The notes under the pieces: generated by a model | Database searches by the model: none | Told to the model about the DNA's origin: nothing | The model's input: the letters and a program-made list of their open reading frames with translations, nothing else | Position numbers and translations under genes: made by a program | Part shown: positions 19,368 to 30,511 of the stretch, in pieces | Layout of the letters: each line of letters begins with the position of its first letter | How positions within the stretch are numbered: the stretch's first letter is position 1 | Origin: Piedraia hortae CBS 480.64 | Lineage: Eukaryota | NCBI GenBank assembly: GCA_010093745.1 | Contig: MU005957.1 | Location: 186,001-250,000, forward strand | Direction: 5' to 3' | DNA length: 64,000 bases

Positions 19368-22055
19368 CTACCCAAACCTCCTCCTCTTCCTCCTCGCCCC
19401 CTCCGCGACCCTCCTTCCGACGGGTCCATTAGCCCACACCACATCGCCCACACACCTGGCCACCCAGATCTCCCCAATTCCCGTCCCATCTTTGGGATAC
19501 TTTAGATCCTTCCAGACCTTCTCCCCTCCATCGCGTCCATGAACTCCATACCGTCCCCTCAACGCGCGCGAAAGCGCATCCCCCATACCGCCATTCCCTT
19601 GGCCAAGAAGAGCGGTATAACCCGTCACGACGCGTGCGTGGTCTTCGGTGAAGACGAAGCGAAAGTGGCGGGGGCTGGTTAGGGTTTTGTTGATTAGGGA
19701 CTTCGTGGTTGGGAAGGGTGGGATGGGAGCCCCCAGGGAGGGGGAGTTGAGCATCCTGTGGAGGATGCGCATGTGCGCTAGGGTCCACGGGTGGGATGGC
19801 GGGAGGGTGCCGTAGCGGGATATCAGGGTTTGGGTGGTTGAGAGGGGGAGGGTGGGTGTAATTTTAGGGGAGAAGATGGAGATGTGCCCAAAGAGGTTGG
19901 GGGGAAGCCAGGTTGTTAGGTTTGTGAGGCGTGAGAGGATGTTGGCTCCCTGTGGGTGAGTGGTTGCTGCAGGTTGAGTTGTAACTATGCCTTGCGGTTG
20001 GACTGGCTGTTGGAAGAAGTGAGATGAGTCGGTCTTAGAACGGGGGAGGGGCTTGATGGGGCGTATGGCTGGGGTGGTGTTATGAATGATTGATGAGGAG
20101 CCAAAGTTGACGGCGACTTTTTGAGGTGAAACTAGATTGAGATCTTCGTAGTAGCTGTTGCTTTGTCCCGTGCGGTCCTCGTCTTCGGAGGCCGAGTGTC
20201 GCCGTTTCTTGGGATTTTTGACGGGGGAGGATTTGCTGTCTGATAGTTCGCTGTAGTAGCTAGAGAGGGAGTCGGATGCAGAGCTGGAGGTGGTGTAGTC
20301 GGATGCAGAGTCTGTTTCTGGGTATGCTGCGTTGATGAAGGTGTTGGGGTCGTCGTTCTCAGCAATGATTGAGTCGGCTTGTGAGAATGCGTTTTCTTCG
20401 TCTTCTTTGTCTTCCTCCTCCTCCTCCTCCTCCTCCTCCTCCTCCTCCTGGTCTTCATCTTCAACCTCCTCCTGGTTATCAATATCCTCATCAGAAATCA
20501 TCTCGTCCTCGGGTTTGATACTATCAGCAGGAACGCTGGTGTACTGCACCTCTTCAAATTCGTTGTAAGAATCCTCGTCAGAATCACTTTCGAGGTCGTC
20601 GGAGGATTCGTAGTCCGTTGAGATGGACGGGAAGCTTCTGTCAGAGTCGGAGTCTGGCCACGGCTGGTTGATGAACGCATTGCTGTTTCCCTCCTCGTGG
20701 GCTAATTTCTCCGTGTCTTCAACTGGACGTTCCTCGGCTGGTCCTGCAGAAGTTGACTTGTCTGCAACCTCGCGAACAGGAACTTCACTCGCCTTCTTGT
20801 CGAATCCGTGCTTAACACCAGATGCCTCCCCATCAGACTCTGTAGCTTGCGAATCGTATTCGTCTGCCTCCCCAGCGTAGTTTTCCTCATCGTAGTCTTC
20901 CTCACCGTAGTCCTCGTCGCCATGGTCCTCCCCAGCATCGTGCTCCTCCGCTCCCGCATCATTCTCTGGCGTATTATCTTGCTTAAATGGATCCTGACCA
21001 CGCTGATGCGGGGGCAAACGGGTAAGATGATTGTATATTGGCTGAATCGCCTTTTTGCATGATTGCAAGATGCCGTTATCACATTGATCCAGAATCTTGG
21101 TTGACTCGCCGTCGGGCTGCATATCCTCAAGGTAAGCGTCATCATCGCTGGGCGAGGGAGAAGCCTGCTGCGTCTCCACCTTCTGCGGCGGGCCATGTGT
21201 GGGCGAATCAGAGTAATGGAAATCCATGCCGGAACTGCGACGCCATGTGCGAGGGATTTTACCCCTTGGAGGCTTCAGCGGTCTGTTGGAGAAGATGGAC
21301 AGCACTTCTTGCTGTACTTCCTGCATTTCTGGTTGGGCGTAGCCCGACAGCTGCACCGTAGGCTGCTCAACATATTGTTGCTTGTTGGGCGGCGAAGAGG
21401 GCAAACCGCTGCCACCCTCGGTGATTTTGGACGCATCGCCCTCGGTCAAGCGGGAGTGATCTCCTCCGGTCAGATGGGAAGCATCTCCTTCAGTCAGACG
21501 GGAGGCGTCTCCTTCTGTCAGTCTAGACGTATCGCCCCTGATCTCCTGCAACGTCTCGGCCGAGACCATGGTAAAGTCCTCATTACGCCTCGTGTTGTCC
21601 TCAAACGGCTCTGGGGTAGAGACAGCATCACTAAGCGCCTCGTCCAGCTCCTTTCGGGCCGTGTCTAGAGGCTCTCCGTGGGACTTTGCCATAACGTTCA
21701 AGCTGCGGCGCTTGTGGCGATCGCCCCAGCCGCCTCTGGACGGTTTGACAGGCGACGGCTCTGGCATGAAAAGGTCCTCGCTCCAGTCGGCCGCGCCGTC
21801 GATGTTCGTAACCGCAATCGCGGGAGGCTCCACGGCCTGATGACGTCTGACAGGCGTTCCCTTTCTCTTGCGGCGAGGGTTCCTCGCAGGCTCATCTCCT
21901 GGGCTTGCAGTATCGCCCTTGATGGGCACCTTAATGGTGCGTTCCATGTCGTTTGCGGGCGGCACAGAGCGCTTCTCCATGCACGACGAGCGCGGCGAAG
22001 ATGTCAGATCCAACGGGTCAGGTGAAGAAGTGTTTGACATTGCCCAAATATCCAA
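19368..22055 (-). CDS. Large, mostly disordered acidic hypothetical protein
   Basis: 895-aa ORF with D/E/S-rich tracts, polyE, a basic NLS-like NPKKRRH and a short folded C-terminal region (PWTLAHMRILHRML). No recognisable family. The start may be the second Met at about 22040. Confidence 0.75.
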   Translation of the reverse strand: MDIWAMSNTSSPDPLDLTSSPRSSCMEKRSVPPANDMERTIKVPIKGDTASPGDEPARNPRRKRKGTPVRRHQAVEPPAIAVTNIDGAADWSEDLFMPEPSPVKPSRGGWGDRHKRRSLNVMAKSHGEPLDTARKELDEALSDAVSTPEPFEDNTRRNEDFTMVSAETLQEIRGDTSRLTEGDASRLTEGDASHLTGGDHSRLTEGDASKITEGGSGLPSSPPNKQQYVEQPTVQLSGYAQPEMQEVQQEVLSIFSNRPLKPPRGKIPRTWRRSSGMDFHYSDSPTHGPPQKVETQQASPSPSDDDAYLEDMQPDGESTKILDQCDNGILQSCKKAIQPIYNHLTRLPPHQRGQDPFKQDNTPENDAGAEEHDAGEDHGDEDYGEEDYDEENYAGEADEYDSQATESDGEASGVKHGFDKKASEVPVREVADKSTSAGPAEERPVEDTEKLAHEEGNSNAFINQPWPDSDSDRSFPSISTDYESSDDLESDSDEDSYNEFEEVQYTSVPADSIKPEDEMISDEDIDNQEEVEDEDQEEEEEEEEEEEEDKEDEENAFSQADSIIAENDDPNTFINAAYPETDSASDYTTSSSASDSLSSYYSELSDSKSSPVKNPKKRRHSASEDEDRTGQSNSYYEDLNLVSPQKVAVNFGSSSIIHNTTPAIRPIKPLPRSKTDSSHFFQQPVQPQGIVTTQPAATTHPQGANILSRLTNLTTWLPPNLFGHISIFSPKITPTLPLSTTQTLISRYGTLPPSHPWTLAHMRILHRMLNSPSLGAPIPPFPTTKSLINKTLTSPRHFRFVFTEDHARVVTGYTALLGQGNGGMGDALSRALRGRYGVHGRDGGEKVWKDLKYPKDGTGIGEIWVARCVGDVVWANGPVGRRVAEGARRKRRRFG
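20413..20449. repeat. (TCC)n trinucleotide microsatellite encoding polyE
   Basis: About 12 perfect TCC units inside the 895-aa ORF. Confidence 0.9.
21412..21536 (-). repeat. Coding 24-bp minisatellite, about 5 units
   Basis: Encodes GDTSRLTE-GDASRLTE-GDASHLTG-GDHSRLTE-GDASKITE. Confidence 0.85.
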
Positions 22056-22248
22056 TTGCGTGACTGCATCATGCGTCGTAAACGTTTTTCCTCAGCTGTA
22101 AATGTCGATTGTCTGCGCGGTTGTCGCGTAGTTCCTCATCTGGTTAGCGCCGATCGTCGTCGTGGTGACAGCCGCCCGCACTAATCCGAATTAGTCAGGC
22201 TAGGCAACCACATACACACAACAGACAGCGAAGACCCCGGTAGGGGCA

Positions 22249-25026
22249 ATGGGTATCCACGGTCTGCAAAGCGAACTGGGGCCTGGTCAGCGTATTGCAT
22301 TAAGCAAGCTTGCGGCGGAACACTATGAACAACACAAACGTCCCTTTCGTTTGGCCATCGACACCAGCATCTGGCTCTACCAGGTTCAGTCGGGCCAAGG
22401 CGGTACAAATCCAGCATTGCGAACACTATACTACCGTGTAATCAAGCTGATATCATTCAACATCCACCCGCTATTTGTATTCGATGGAAAGAATCGCCCT
22501 CCTTTGAAGCGAAATAAAAAGATTACCGGGGGCGGAAACCTGGACATGCAATATGCCGCAAGGCAGCTGCTGGATCAGCTTGCTGTACCGTGGCACATAG
22601 CGCCAGGGGAAGCAGAGGCAGAATGTGCTCTTTTAGAGAAAGAAGGCGTGGTGGATGCAGTTCTCAGCGATGACGTCGATACCGCCATGTTCGGTGCAGG
22701 GCTCTGGTTGCGTAGTTTCACCAGCGAACCCAAGAAGAAATCAGGAAAAAATGTTGAAGCCGACGAGGAACCAGCATCCAATAGTAAAACCAAAAAGAGT
22801 AAAGCCAAGAGGACTAAACCAACCCATGTCAACGTATACCGCGCTGAAGAAGCCAAAAGCCGTGGCATAGACCGAGAAGGCATGATTCTGGTGGCTCTGA
22901 TGAGCGGTGGAGATTACCTTCCAGAAGGAATCCCGGGCTGCGGACCGAAAGTGGCCTGTGCAGCTGCGAAAGCCGGCTATGGTCGGGAACTTTGTGCTCT
23001 CCACCGACACGATGTCGACGGTTTGAATAGATGGAAGGAAAGGTTGCAACATCAAGTCAGGACCAACCAGGACAAGTTGTTCTCTCGCAGGAACACGACT
23101 TTCACCATTCCCGATGACTTTCCCAATCGTGAAGTTCTGGGCTACTATACCCATCCTTGCGTCTCAGCTCCGGAAAAAGTGGAGAAACTACGCAATTCAT
23201 TGAAATGGGATAGAGAGATCAATTTCCCGGCTGTGCGTAAATTCACGGCAGAGTATCTAAACTGGGTCGAGATCAGTGGAGCGAAGTATTTCATCCGCAA
23301 CCTCGCCCCTAGCATTCTCATCCGAGACATGCAGCTTCTTGCCCGGAAGACCTTCGACGGGCCAGATGCAAGAGCGGCTGCGGAGAAGGCCGTAGTCAAG
23401 GCCATCCATTCCGAGCGGCGACATGATTCTACAGATGAATCACTGGAATACCGTGTCTCGTTTATTCCCATCGAGCGCGTACCCATTGACGTTTCCAAGG
23501 AAGAGCCCGACACCGTCGTTGCCCCAGCTGATAGTGAAACCGATTCCACGGAAGAAGGTGAGGGCACAAAGAAAAAGCGGCAGATGAAGCCAATTGACCC
23601 GAACGCGCCGGTTAAGGAGTGGGTTCTAGCCACTTTTCTCCAAGAAGGATGTCCGTCGATCGTGGAGGCGTACGAAAATCGCAAGACTAACGCCGCTTCG
23701 CTCCTTCAGCAAAAGAACAAATCCCGCGCAGCACCGCGGAGAAAAAAATCAGCAGCCACGGACATGCCGCATGATGCCATCCGGAAGTACACGCAGCCTG
23801 TAGCTGAAAAGAAGGGCGCGAGCGGTTTCAATGTACCATCGACTCAGCCTCCAGCAAAAGCGCGGTCAAAGCAGCCTGGAACCATGTTCTCTCACGTCAG
23901 AGTAACAAAGGGAATCCCAAGACCGGTTGCAAAACCAGCAGAGAAAGATGCAGAGGTCATCGACCTTCCCTCATCACCGGCCCCTACGGATACATCTCGT
24001 CTGCCGTCCTCGCCATTCCACCTCCCTGAAGATGACGACCCGCTTCCGACCTCACCGCAGGATATCCTCCCCCCTCTCCCACCCAAACGGCCTGCGACTA
24101 AGCGCAAACTCACGCGAAGTGCAACCGATATTTCTACAGGAACCTCCCGAGCTTCCAGGGTCGCAACACCAGCTACTCCCGGGAAGAATACACTAGACAA
24201 ATGGTTCACAATCGGTTCAACGCCTGCTCAGCCCAGCCGGGTCAGTCGTCCAAGGCATAGCTCTCTTATACGAGACACTTTTCCACTTAAGGACCCTTCA
24301 CCCTTGGCTTCAACTCCAGTACAATCCGGCCGGGCTAGCCGTCCAAAGGAACGAGATCCTTCCCCCATCCGGGACCCCACCCCCACCAGAACCACCCCTA
24401 GAACCAAGACAACCTACCTCCTCTGCACCACCTCGCCCATGCGTCCTCTCTCCCAAACACGCGAAACCTCCCCTCTGTTCCCCTCACACGACCTCCCCGC
24501 GCGGAGCCCAACAACACTGGGATCCTCCCCATTCCCCGAACTTACAACTCCACCAAAACCCACATCAGCCTCTACCACGTGGGAATCCTCCCCCTTCCCG
24601 GACCTCAGCCTATCAAACCCTACTCCACCCCTCCTTGAGGCAAACCGCACAACAATAATCCTCTCCTCCTCCCCTGTGCCGGAAACACCAACGGCAATGT
24701 CAGCGTTGAAGTGTCCGAATGTGAGCATAAGAAGGAAGAATTTGAAGCGGTGTAAAACAATGAATGATGCGGAAGGCGAGGAGGAGTTGACTTCTCCAAA
24801 GGAGTTGTTGGGTGGGAGGGGGGAGGGACGCTTCGCGGAGAGGAATAGGGGTACAGCGACCGCGACGACAAACGCGGCAAAGAAGAAGATGATTATTCTA
24901 CGGGAGAGTATTAATGGTATGGGTTGGAGAGAGGTTGATATAGATGATAAGGAGGATGAGGGTTATGAGAGGAAAAGGAAGTGGAGAAAGTCAGAAGTTG
25001 ATGTGGTTGATTTGACGGGGGAGTAG
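22249..25026 (+). CDS. YEN1: XPG/Rad2-family flap endonuclease, GEN1/Yen1-type Holliday junction resolvase
   Basis: 925 aa. XPG-N (MGIHGL...RLAIDTSIW...PLFVFDG), XPG-I (APGEAEAECALL, DAVLSDDVDTAMFG) and H3TH (LMSGGDYLPEGIPGCGPKVA) domains, then a long disordered tail. Confidence 0.88.
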   Translation: MGIHGLQSELGPGQRIALSKLAAEHYEQHKRPFRLAIDTSIWLYQVQSGQGGTNPALRTLYYRVIKLISFNIHPLFVFDGKNRPPLKRNKKITGGGNLDMQYAARQLLDQLAVPWHIAPGEAEAECALLEKEGVVDAVLSDDVDTAMFGAGLWLRSFTSEPKKKSGKNVEADEEPASNSKTKKSKAKRTKPTHVNVYRAEEAKSRGIDREGMILVALMSGGDYLPEGIPGCGPKVACAAAKAGYGRELCALHRHDVDGLNRWKERLQHQVRTNQDKLFSRRNTTFTIPDDFPNREVLGYYTHPCVSAPEKVEKLRNSLKWDREINFPAVRKFTAEYLNWVEISGAKYFIRNLAPSILIRDMQLLARKTFDGPDARAAAEKAVVKAIHSERRHDSTDESLEYRVSFIPIERVPIDVSKEEPDTVVAPADSETDSTEEGEGTKKKRQMKPIDPNAPVKEWVLATFLQEGCPSIVEAYENRKTNAASLLQQKNKSRAAPRRKKSAATDMPHDAIRKYTQPVAEKKGASGFNVPSTQPPAKARSKQPGTMFSHVRVTKGIPRPVAKPAEKDAEVIDLPSSPAPTDTSRLPSSPFHLPEDDDPLPTSPQDILPPLPPKRPATKRKLTRSATDISTGTSRASRVATPATPGKNTLDKWFTIGSTPAQPSRVSRPRHSSLIRDTFPLKDPSPLASTPVQSGRASRPKERDPSPIRDPTPTRTTPRTKTTYLLCTTSPMRPLSQTRETSPLFPSHDLPARSPTTLGSSPFPELTTPPKPTSASTTWESSPFPDLSLSNPTPPLLEANRTTIILSSSPVPETPTAMSALKCPNVSIRRKNLKRCKTMNDAEGEEELTSPKELLGGRGEGRFAERNRGTATATTNAAKKKMIILRESINGMGWREVDIDDKEDEGYERKRKWRKSEVDVVDLTGE

Positions 25027-25539
25027 TGAGTCTCTTGGACGTGGGTGTATAGGTTTCTTTTCGGGGTGTACAGGCTAGGGAGGAAATATATACTCCTTTG
25101 TATTTGTCACGACACGAGGCTAAGAACGAGGGGTTGGGGTCGAGGAATCGATGAGAGACAAGGGTAAGAGGCTCAAAGCAATGGGCTATGGGCGAGAGGA
25201 CTGCGTAGACCCTATGTAGACAGAGAATAACGCATGAAGAAGAGAAGAGAAAAGTCAGTGCCGCCTGAGTATGTGCCGCAGAGTAGGGCCACTAGACTCG
25301 GGCCGCAGACGAACGGGGCCCTTCCGCATGACGTAGGCCTTGAGTTCTGGCAGGATTATATCGGAAATCTTACGAGATAAATCGACCAAGTAGACATTGA
25401 GAAATTGTCGGTGATGGAAGACGACAAACTAGAAAAAAAAAGGTCTTAAGACAAAGACGATCTAACATACAAATAGCCATTGACAAACACCATTCCACTA
25501 AGAACTCCACAGACAAGCTGGCTGGTTGGACACCGGATA

Positions 25540-26020
25540 TTCTCGACCTGATCATCCTTCCATGGTCTTGAACAAAGCCCGTCCAAGAGATCCGCACGGT
25601 TTGTCGCCACGATCACAGCCACAGAAACGGAATGAACCGAGATAAGGCGAGCAAGCTCGGTCGCGATTCACGGTTGCACGGCGGCTGATGGGCTGGTTTT
25701 CCAGCCGGCGAAAGCCAGTAGCAGGTGCAGTCGCCTGTGCTTTGGCAAAGACCTTCATCACTCTCTTCGCACCTTCGTCCGGGTCAGAGCAGGCGATGTC
25801 GATCCCTCGGACCTCGAAGAAGCAAGCATTGGTTTTCTCGGCAACCGACCTCACGACCATAGTCTTGCCCATGCCGGAAAGACCATGCAAGAACGAAGAC
25901 ATGGGAGGCGTAATGCAGTTTGGCAGGGAGCTGTCCTGGTGGGCCAATGAAGCAGCTGTATCGGCCTTTACCCTGTGGATTTGGGCCAGTAAACCGCCAA
26001 TTTGCTCTTCCAGTCTGAGC
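25540..26020 (-). pseudogene. Fragment of a classical AAA+ ATPase (Cdc48/Rpt/Afg2-like)
   Basis: EQIGGL...ITPPMSSFLHGLSGMGKTMVVRSVAEKTNACFFEVRG...EGAKRVMKVFAKAQATAPA contains a degenerate Walker A. VIVATNRADLLD is in another frame. Walker B is lost. Confidence 0.7.
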
Positions 26021-26461
26021 CCTTGGAGCTGTTTGGACGAGTCCTGGAACTACTCATTCCCGACTACCTCCCGTATGCGATACACCGCAGCGAACCCCAA
26101 CCACTTACGCCTCTTCGCTATTCAATTGCCCGCCACCGATAACGCAAACCCCAGCCAAAACAATCCCTAAGCACTGAATCCCATAGTGATAATCCGTAGT
26201 GGTGAAGAAGAACAAGAGAAAACACAGCAACGGCACATGTATGTTCCATTCCTTATCCGCTCATTGTCGCAAGGCCCTCCCAGCCCACAGTGCTGTCGAA
26301 AAGGACCGACAAATCTGAACGCAGCCGACTTTCCTTCAAAGCCGACTGTTTGCCTTCCCCAAGTTGCCCTCACAATCCCATTGCCCAAGTAACAGACGCG
26401 TGACAAGGTTGGTGGTCGACAACAGTCAAAAATGTCTGACTTGGTGTGAGGCTGAGATATG

Positions 26462-26489
26462 GAGAGAGAGAGAGAGTATGTGCCTGTGC

Positions 26490-26538
<49 letters not shown>

Positions 26539-26550
26539 TGTGTGTGTGTG
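26462..26550. repeat. Compound (GA)n/(TG)n microsatellite
   Basis: (GA)7 at 26462-26476 and about 29 TG units at 26493-26550 with one TA interruption. Confidence 0.95.
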
Positions 26551-28325
26551 AGGACGAAGATGAGAATGAGAATGAGGACGGGTTTACATGCAAGTGTATG
26601 CGTCAGCATGTGTGAGGTTCATGCAGGGTCCGGAACCCACTCTCATCCAATGCACATCAGCCAGAGTCACGTGATAGCGGGGCACTATCACACAGAGCTG
26701 ATCTTCTCAACGAATTTGCGAACATGTGACATCATCAACTCCTGGAGACTGTACCAGCCAAAAACCAAAAGTTGAGCCATCTCTGCAGCTGGCTCAAAGT
26801 CTACTTACGTTACTACAAGCAAAAGAAGCGTGGAAATTGTTTGGGCACAGTTCTGGAAAGTTTATGTCCAGATCGCTGGCCTGCTCACAGAAGCCCGTGG
26901 ATCTTAACTGAATGCGGGACAAATGTGCTGGTGTGGCCAGATCCGAAGTGACTGGATGATCGTGAACGGGGAAAAGAGTATTTCCATCAAAGGACAAACC
27001 TCTCAAATGCCTTCGAAAGATGCTCTCAACAAGAAATGCGGAAACAAGCTGATGTCGCTAAAGCCATGTAGCCCTTTCGACTCATGCCGGGTGTTGGATG
27101 GCTTTAGTATGAACTTACAATATGGAATCAGAAGTAGGCTGAAGTATCTTATTGACCTCCTCTACGTACAATGGAGATAAGGGCATGCTCCCCGCATTAC
27201 GTCACATCCAATTCCATCATGTGCTATCATATCGATGCTCGCCACCAGGTTGTGGCTCTACCTTTAAAGTGACCGATATAGAGGATTTTCCTGCTCAAAG
27301 GGATGCAATCGAGGCTGAGTTGCCTTCACACTGATATCACGAGCGAGCTGTCACTTGGCCAAATGAAGGATATCCTTGCCTTCGAAAATGAGCTTGGCAC
27401 TCTATCTCTTACTGTCATATTTCCCTCTACCGCCAATTGTGTTGTAGCCGCAATCACCGTGGATCTAGTCAGAGTTTCTGTGAATAACTCACAAGTGAAG
27501 CAGGTTTGAGCACACATGGTATAGATAACATCTATGTTGACCAAATAAGCATACCTGTTGTGGATTGGAACGTAGCTTTGATTGACCTGCTTAATAAGTA
27601 AGATGTTGAGTGCCTCTCGCAAATGAAATCATTTTTCCGAAAAAGGAAGCCACGATGGAACCCTCCCCACCATCCCCCCACTTTGAGAAATGAAGAGTCA
27701 CAATGTTACGGTGCTTTTTTCACACTTTCTTTCCACATCACCGCACATCGATGTTGACTGCTGATGGGCTGGCCTAGCTCGAGCTTGTTGGGGATATGGT
27801 GGCGACGTTGGTCGTGGACTTGGCGCTCGCTGCGTGTAAACACTCGCGAGCGACTATAAAACAAGAAGACGGAATTGGGGTCACCGATGTACGCCCGGCG
27901 AAATCATTGAGGTAAATCAATGAGACTGGCTGGAGTAGCAAATCGTGGTTTACAGACCCAGCTAACCATGGTTAAGGAACGTGTGGCTGTACTACTGGCC
28001 GACCTGGATGCTGTTTTGCCACACGTATCGCGCCTCCTAAGTCTTTGCTCTCGGTTGGACCGGCTGGTATATTCGAGACTCTGGTCGTGAGGGCAGTCGT
28101 CGGGGAAACAAACGAGGTCCAAGAGATCAATCACGCCTACCAACACCCGATGGAGAATGTGAAGATGACTGCAGAGAGGGAGACGAAGAGTGCGGATTTC
28201 CAGGGCAGCATCATCAAGGCGACTAGCGCCTGCTCTTGAAAGTCTGGTCTTGAGACAGACCGATGCCGCAAGGTTGTTCAGCAACCGGTTAAGGGATGCC
28301 CATGATCTGTTACCGAGCTCGTGAG

Positions 28326-30215
28326 TTAATGTTTGCACGCCGCGCTTTCCTTCCAGGGTGAAAGGGCACTATTTGCCCAACCGGGAAGAAACCGCTGGAG
28401 CTTTCTTCTAACTATCGCAAACCCAGACTGGTTTGGTTTGCGCTTCCCTCCATGGTTTCTGAGTGCATCCATGATCATGCGCTTAACCCTGTGGTTCCTG
28501 ACGTCAACCCTCTTCAGGTTCGGTGCGTGATGGCGAATGATCAAGCTCTTGCGATATGCCACGACTTCATCGGACTTGCTCATCTGTCCCATCGTCACAC
28601 CTCAAGCGAAAGGCACTTGAAATGTGGAAATATTGGATCCGGCTCGTCTTCCAAGGGTTGGATGTCGAAACATTTGACCATAAATTGCAAGATACAAGTC
28701 GTGGGCAAGATCGTCCCAGTATCGCCAGAGCCATTGTTGTGGATTGATTGAAAACGTAAATTTTGAAATGCTCCAGGTTACTCATAGCCGAAACCAGGCT
28801 CCCCAGATCTTCATCTGTATATTCCAACCACAAAGCTACCAGAGACATGTTCAGGTTGCGTAAGTTTGTGAAGTTGCTAGATTGCAATATATCCTCTCGT
28901 CTTACATGACATTGTCTTGTTAGATTGTCCCTTTGTAAGACAACAACAAGAATTTGTAGATTTGACTTGAACTCCATGTCAAATGACATTGGTTGCAGGC
29001 GACTGATCCTGAATTAAAGGCTCGAGAAATCACTTCTGATCTTTGGATGACTTTGAACCAGAAATGTACCCAGGATAATGCCCTCCCCAATAAGTGCATT
29101 CGGCCAGTTATCTTCCATACAACAATGGTTCATCCAAGTATGTATCCAGTCATGGACGTCTATATATTTGAAAATCTCGCGCGGGCCTAGCTGGGAGAGA
29201 AAAACTCTCCGATCGTGACAGCGGAGTAGGCTGATGCAGCAACGTCCAATGTTTCAATCTCACCAAGCCGGTCCAAAGTCGACATCAGAAGAGGCCAATC
29301 GTTTGGACCTCCGCATTTGATGGTAAGGTGCTTGATATTATCTGGGATACATGCCGAAAGGCTTTCCAACACACCCCTCCACACGAAGGGGAGATTGCGC
29401 CTCATCTTGATAAAAATTCCTGAAAGCCGTGAAAAGAATTATATTCGGACCTGATTAGGCTTTACAACGCTATGCCATGAATCATTTGCAGTAAGCCCCA
29501 ACTCTCGCACTCCGTGCAGGTAACGCTCCCCTCTGGATTCATCAATTATTTTGAATACTTCAAGTTCTACACTGCGCCAGATGATATCATTAGCACAGTC
29601 GGACCACATTTAGTTGACCTTCGAAGGTTTGCAGAGAGTGGCGTTGTCATCTTCGTGATGTTTCAGGGTTTCGAGAATTATTTCCGCTGGAAGATGCACC
29701 GTTTTGCACGCGTTGGGAGAAGGCCGATGGCGGAAAGTACGATGTTTGATGCTAAGGTCGACGTTAGCAATTAGGTGGCACGTTGCCCCACCAATCCACA
29801 TGTTGAAGTGTCAAAGTAGTCATGTCCTATCGCCTGAGTTGACAGTTGTCTTGACATCTGCGATGTCGCAAATGCGATCATGGACCTGTGCACAATGCCC
29901 TTTAATGGAAGGGAAAAGGAATGCAGCAGTTCTTGTGGCATGTGTCCCATGATCCTTCCATCGGCAAGACCACCTGTCAATAGAGGGCATCTTGATCGCC
30001 CCCACGCCAGATCTCTCCAAATCCTGTCACAGACATATAAAGCTCTCCTTTGACCTTGTCTCATCCTTTCTTGGATAGGTGTTTTCATTGCTAGCTGGGC
30101 ACGCACTAATGGTCCTGAAAACGCTGCACTGAAGAATCTTCCGCGCTGGATATATGGGCACACAGTTTAGATGCTCTGGAAACAACTTCTGTGCAAAGTC
30201 CCCAGCATTGGGCAT
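28326..30215 (-). pseudogene. Decayed F-box/RNI-like leucine-rich-repeat gene
   Basis: A chain of broken minus-strand ORFs with LRR-like phrases (FTNLRNLNMSL, LVSAMSNLEHFKI, LGRSCPRLVSCNL, APNLKRVDV, LGEIETLDV) and an F-box-like start (KLFPEHLNCV). Confidence 0.45.
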
Positions 30216-30511
30216 ACATCATATAACGGAGACAAAGCCCACTACCTCATGGAATGAATTTCCCCCCAAAGTTAGTCTCTGTGTGTTTGAACCCGTTGTT
30301 ATACAGCGCGATTAAAGGGTGGAAATCGCACGTGCAGCAGAACTTGATCACGCAGTGTCTGCCTTCTAGCGATTACTTATCCTCTCAAGGGGGGATCCTG
30401 CTGTGAAGAGATGACCGCACGGCCTACACACTATCCAAGCGTAAAATCACAATTATGTACACCCCGCACCCCCCCCCAGCTTCCCGATGCCTTGCCATGG
30501 ACATAGCAGCC

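Noticed and set aside
26364..26775. ORFs with CVCVCV or THTHTH runs as metal-binding proteins
   Set aside because: They are translations of the (TG)n microsatellite.
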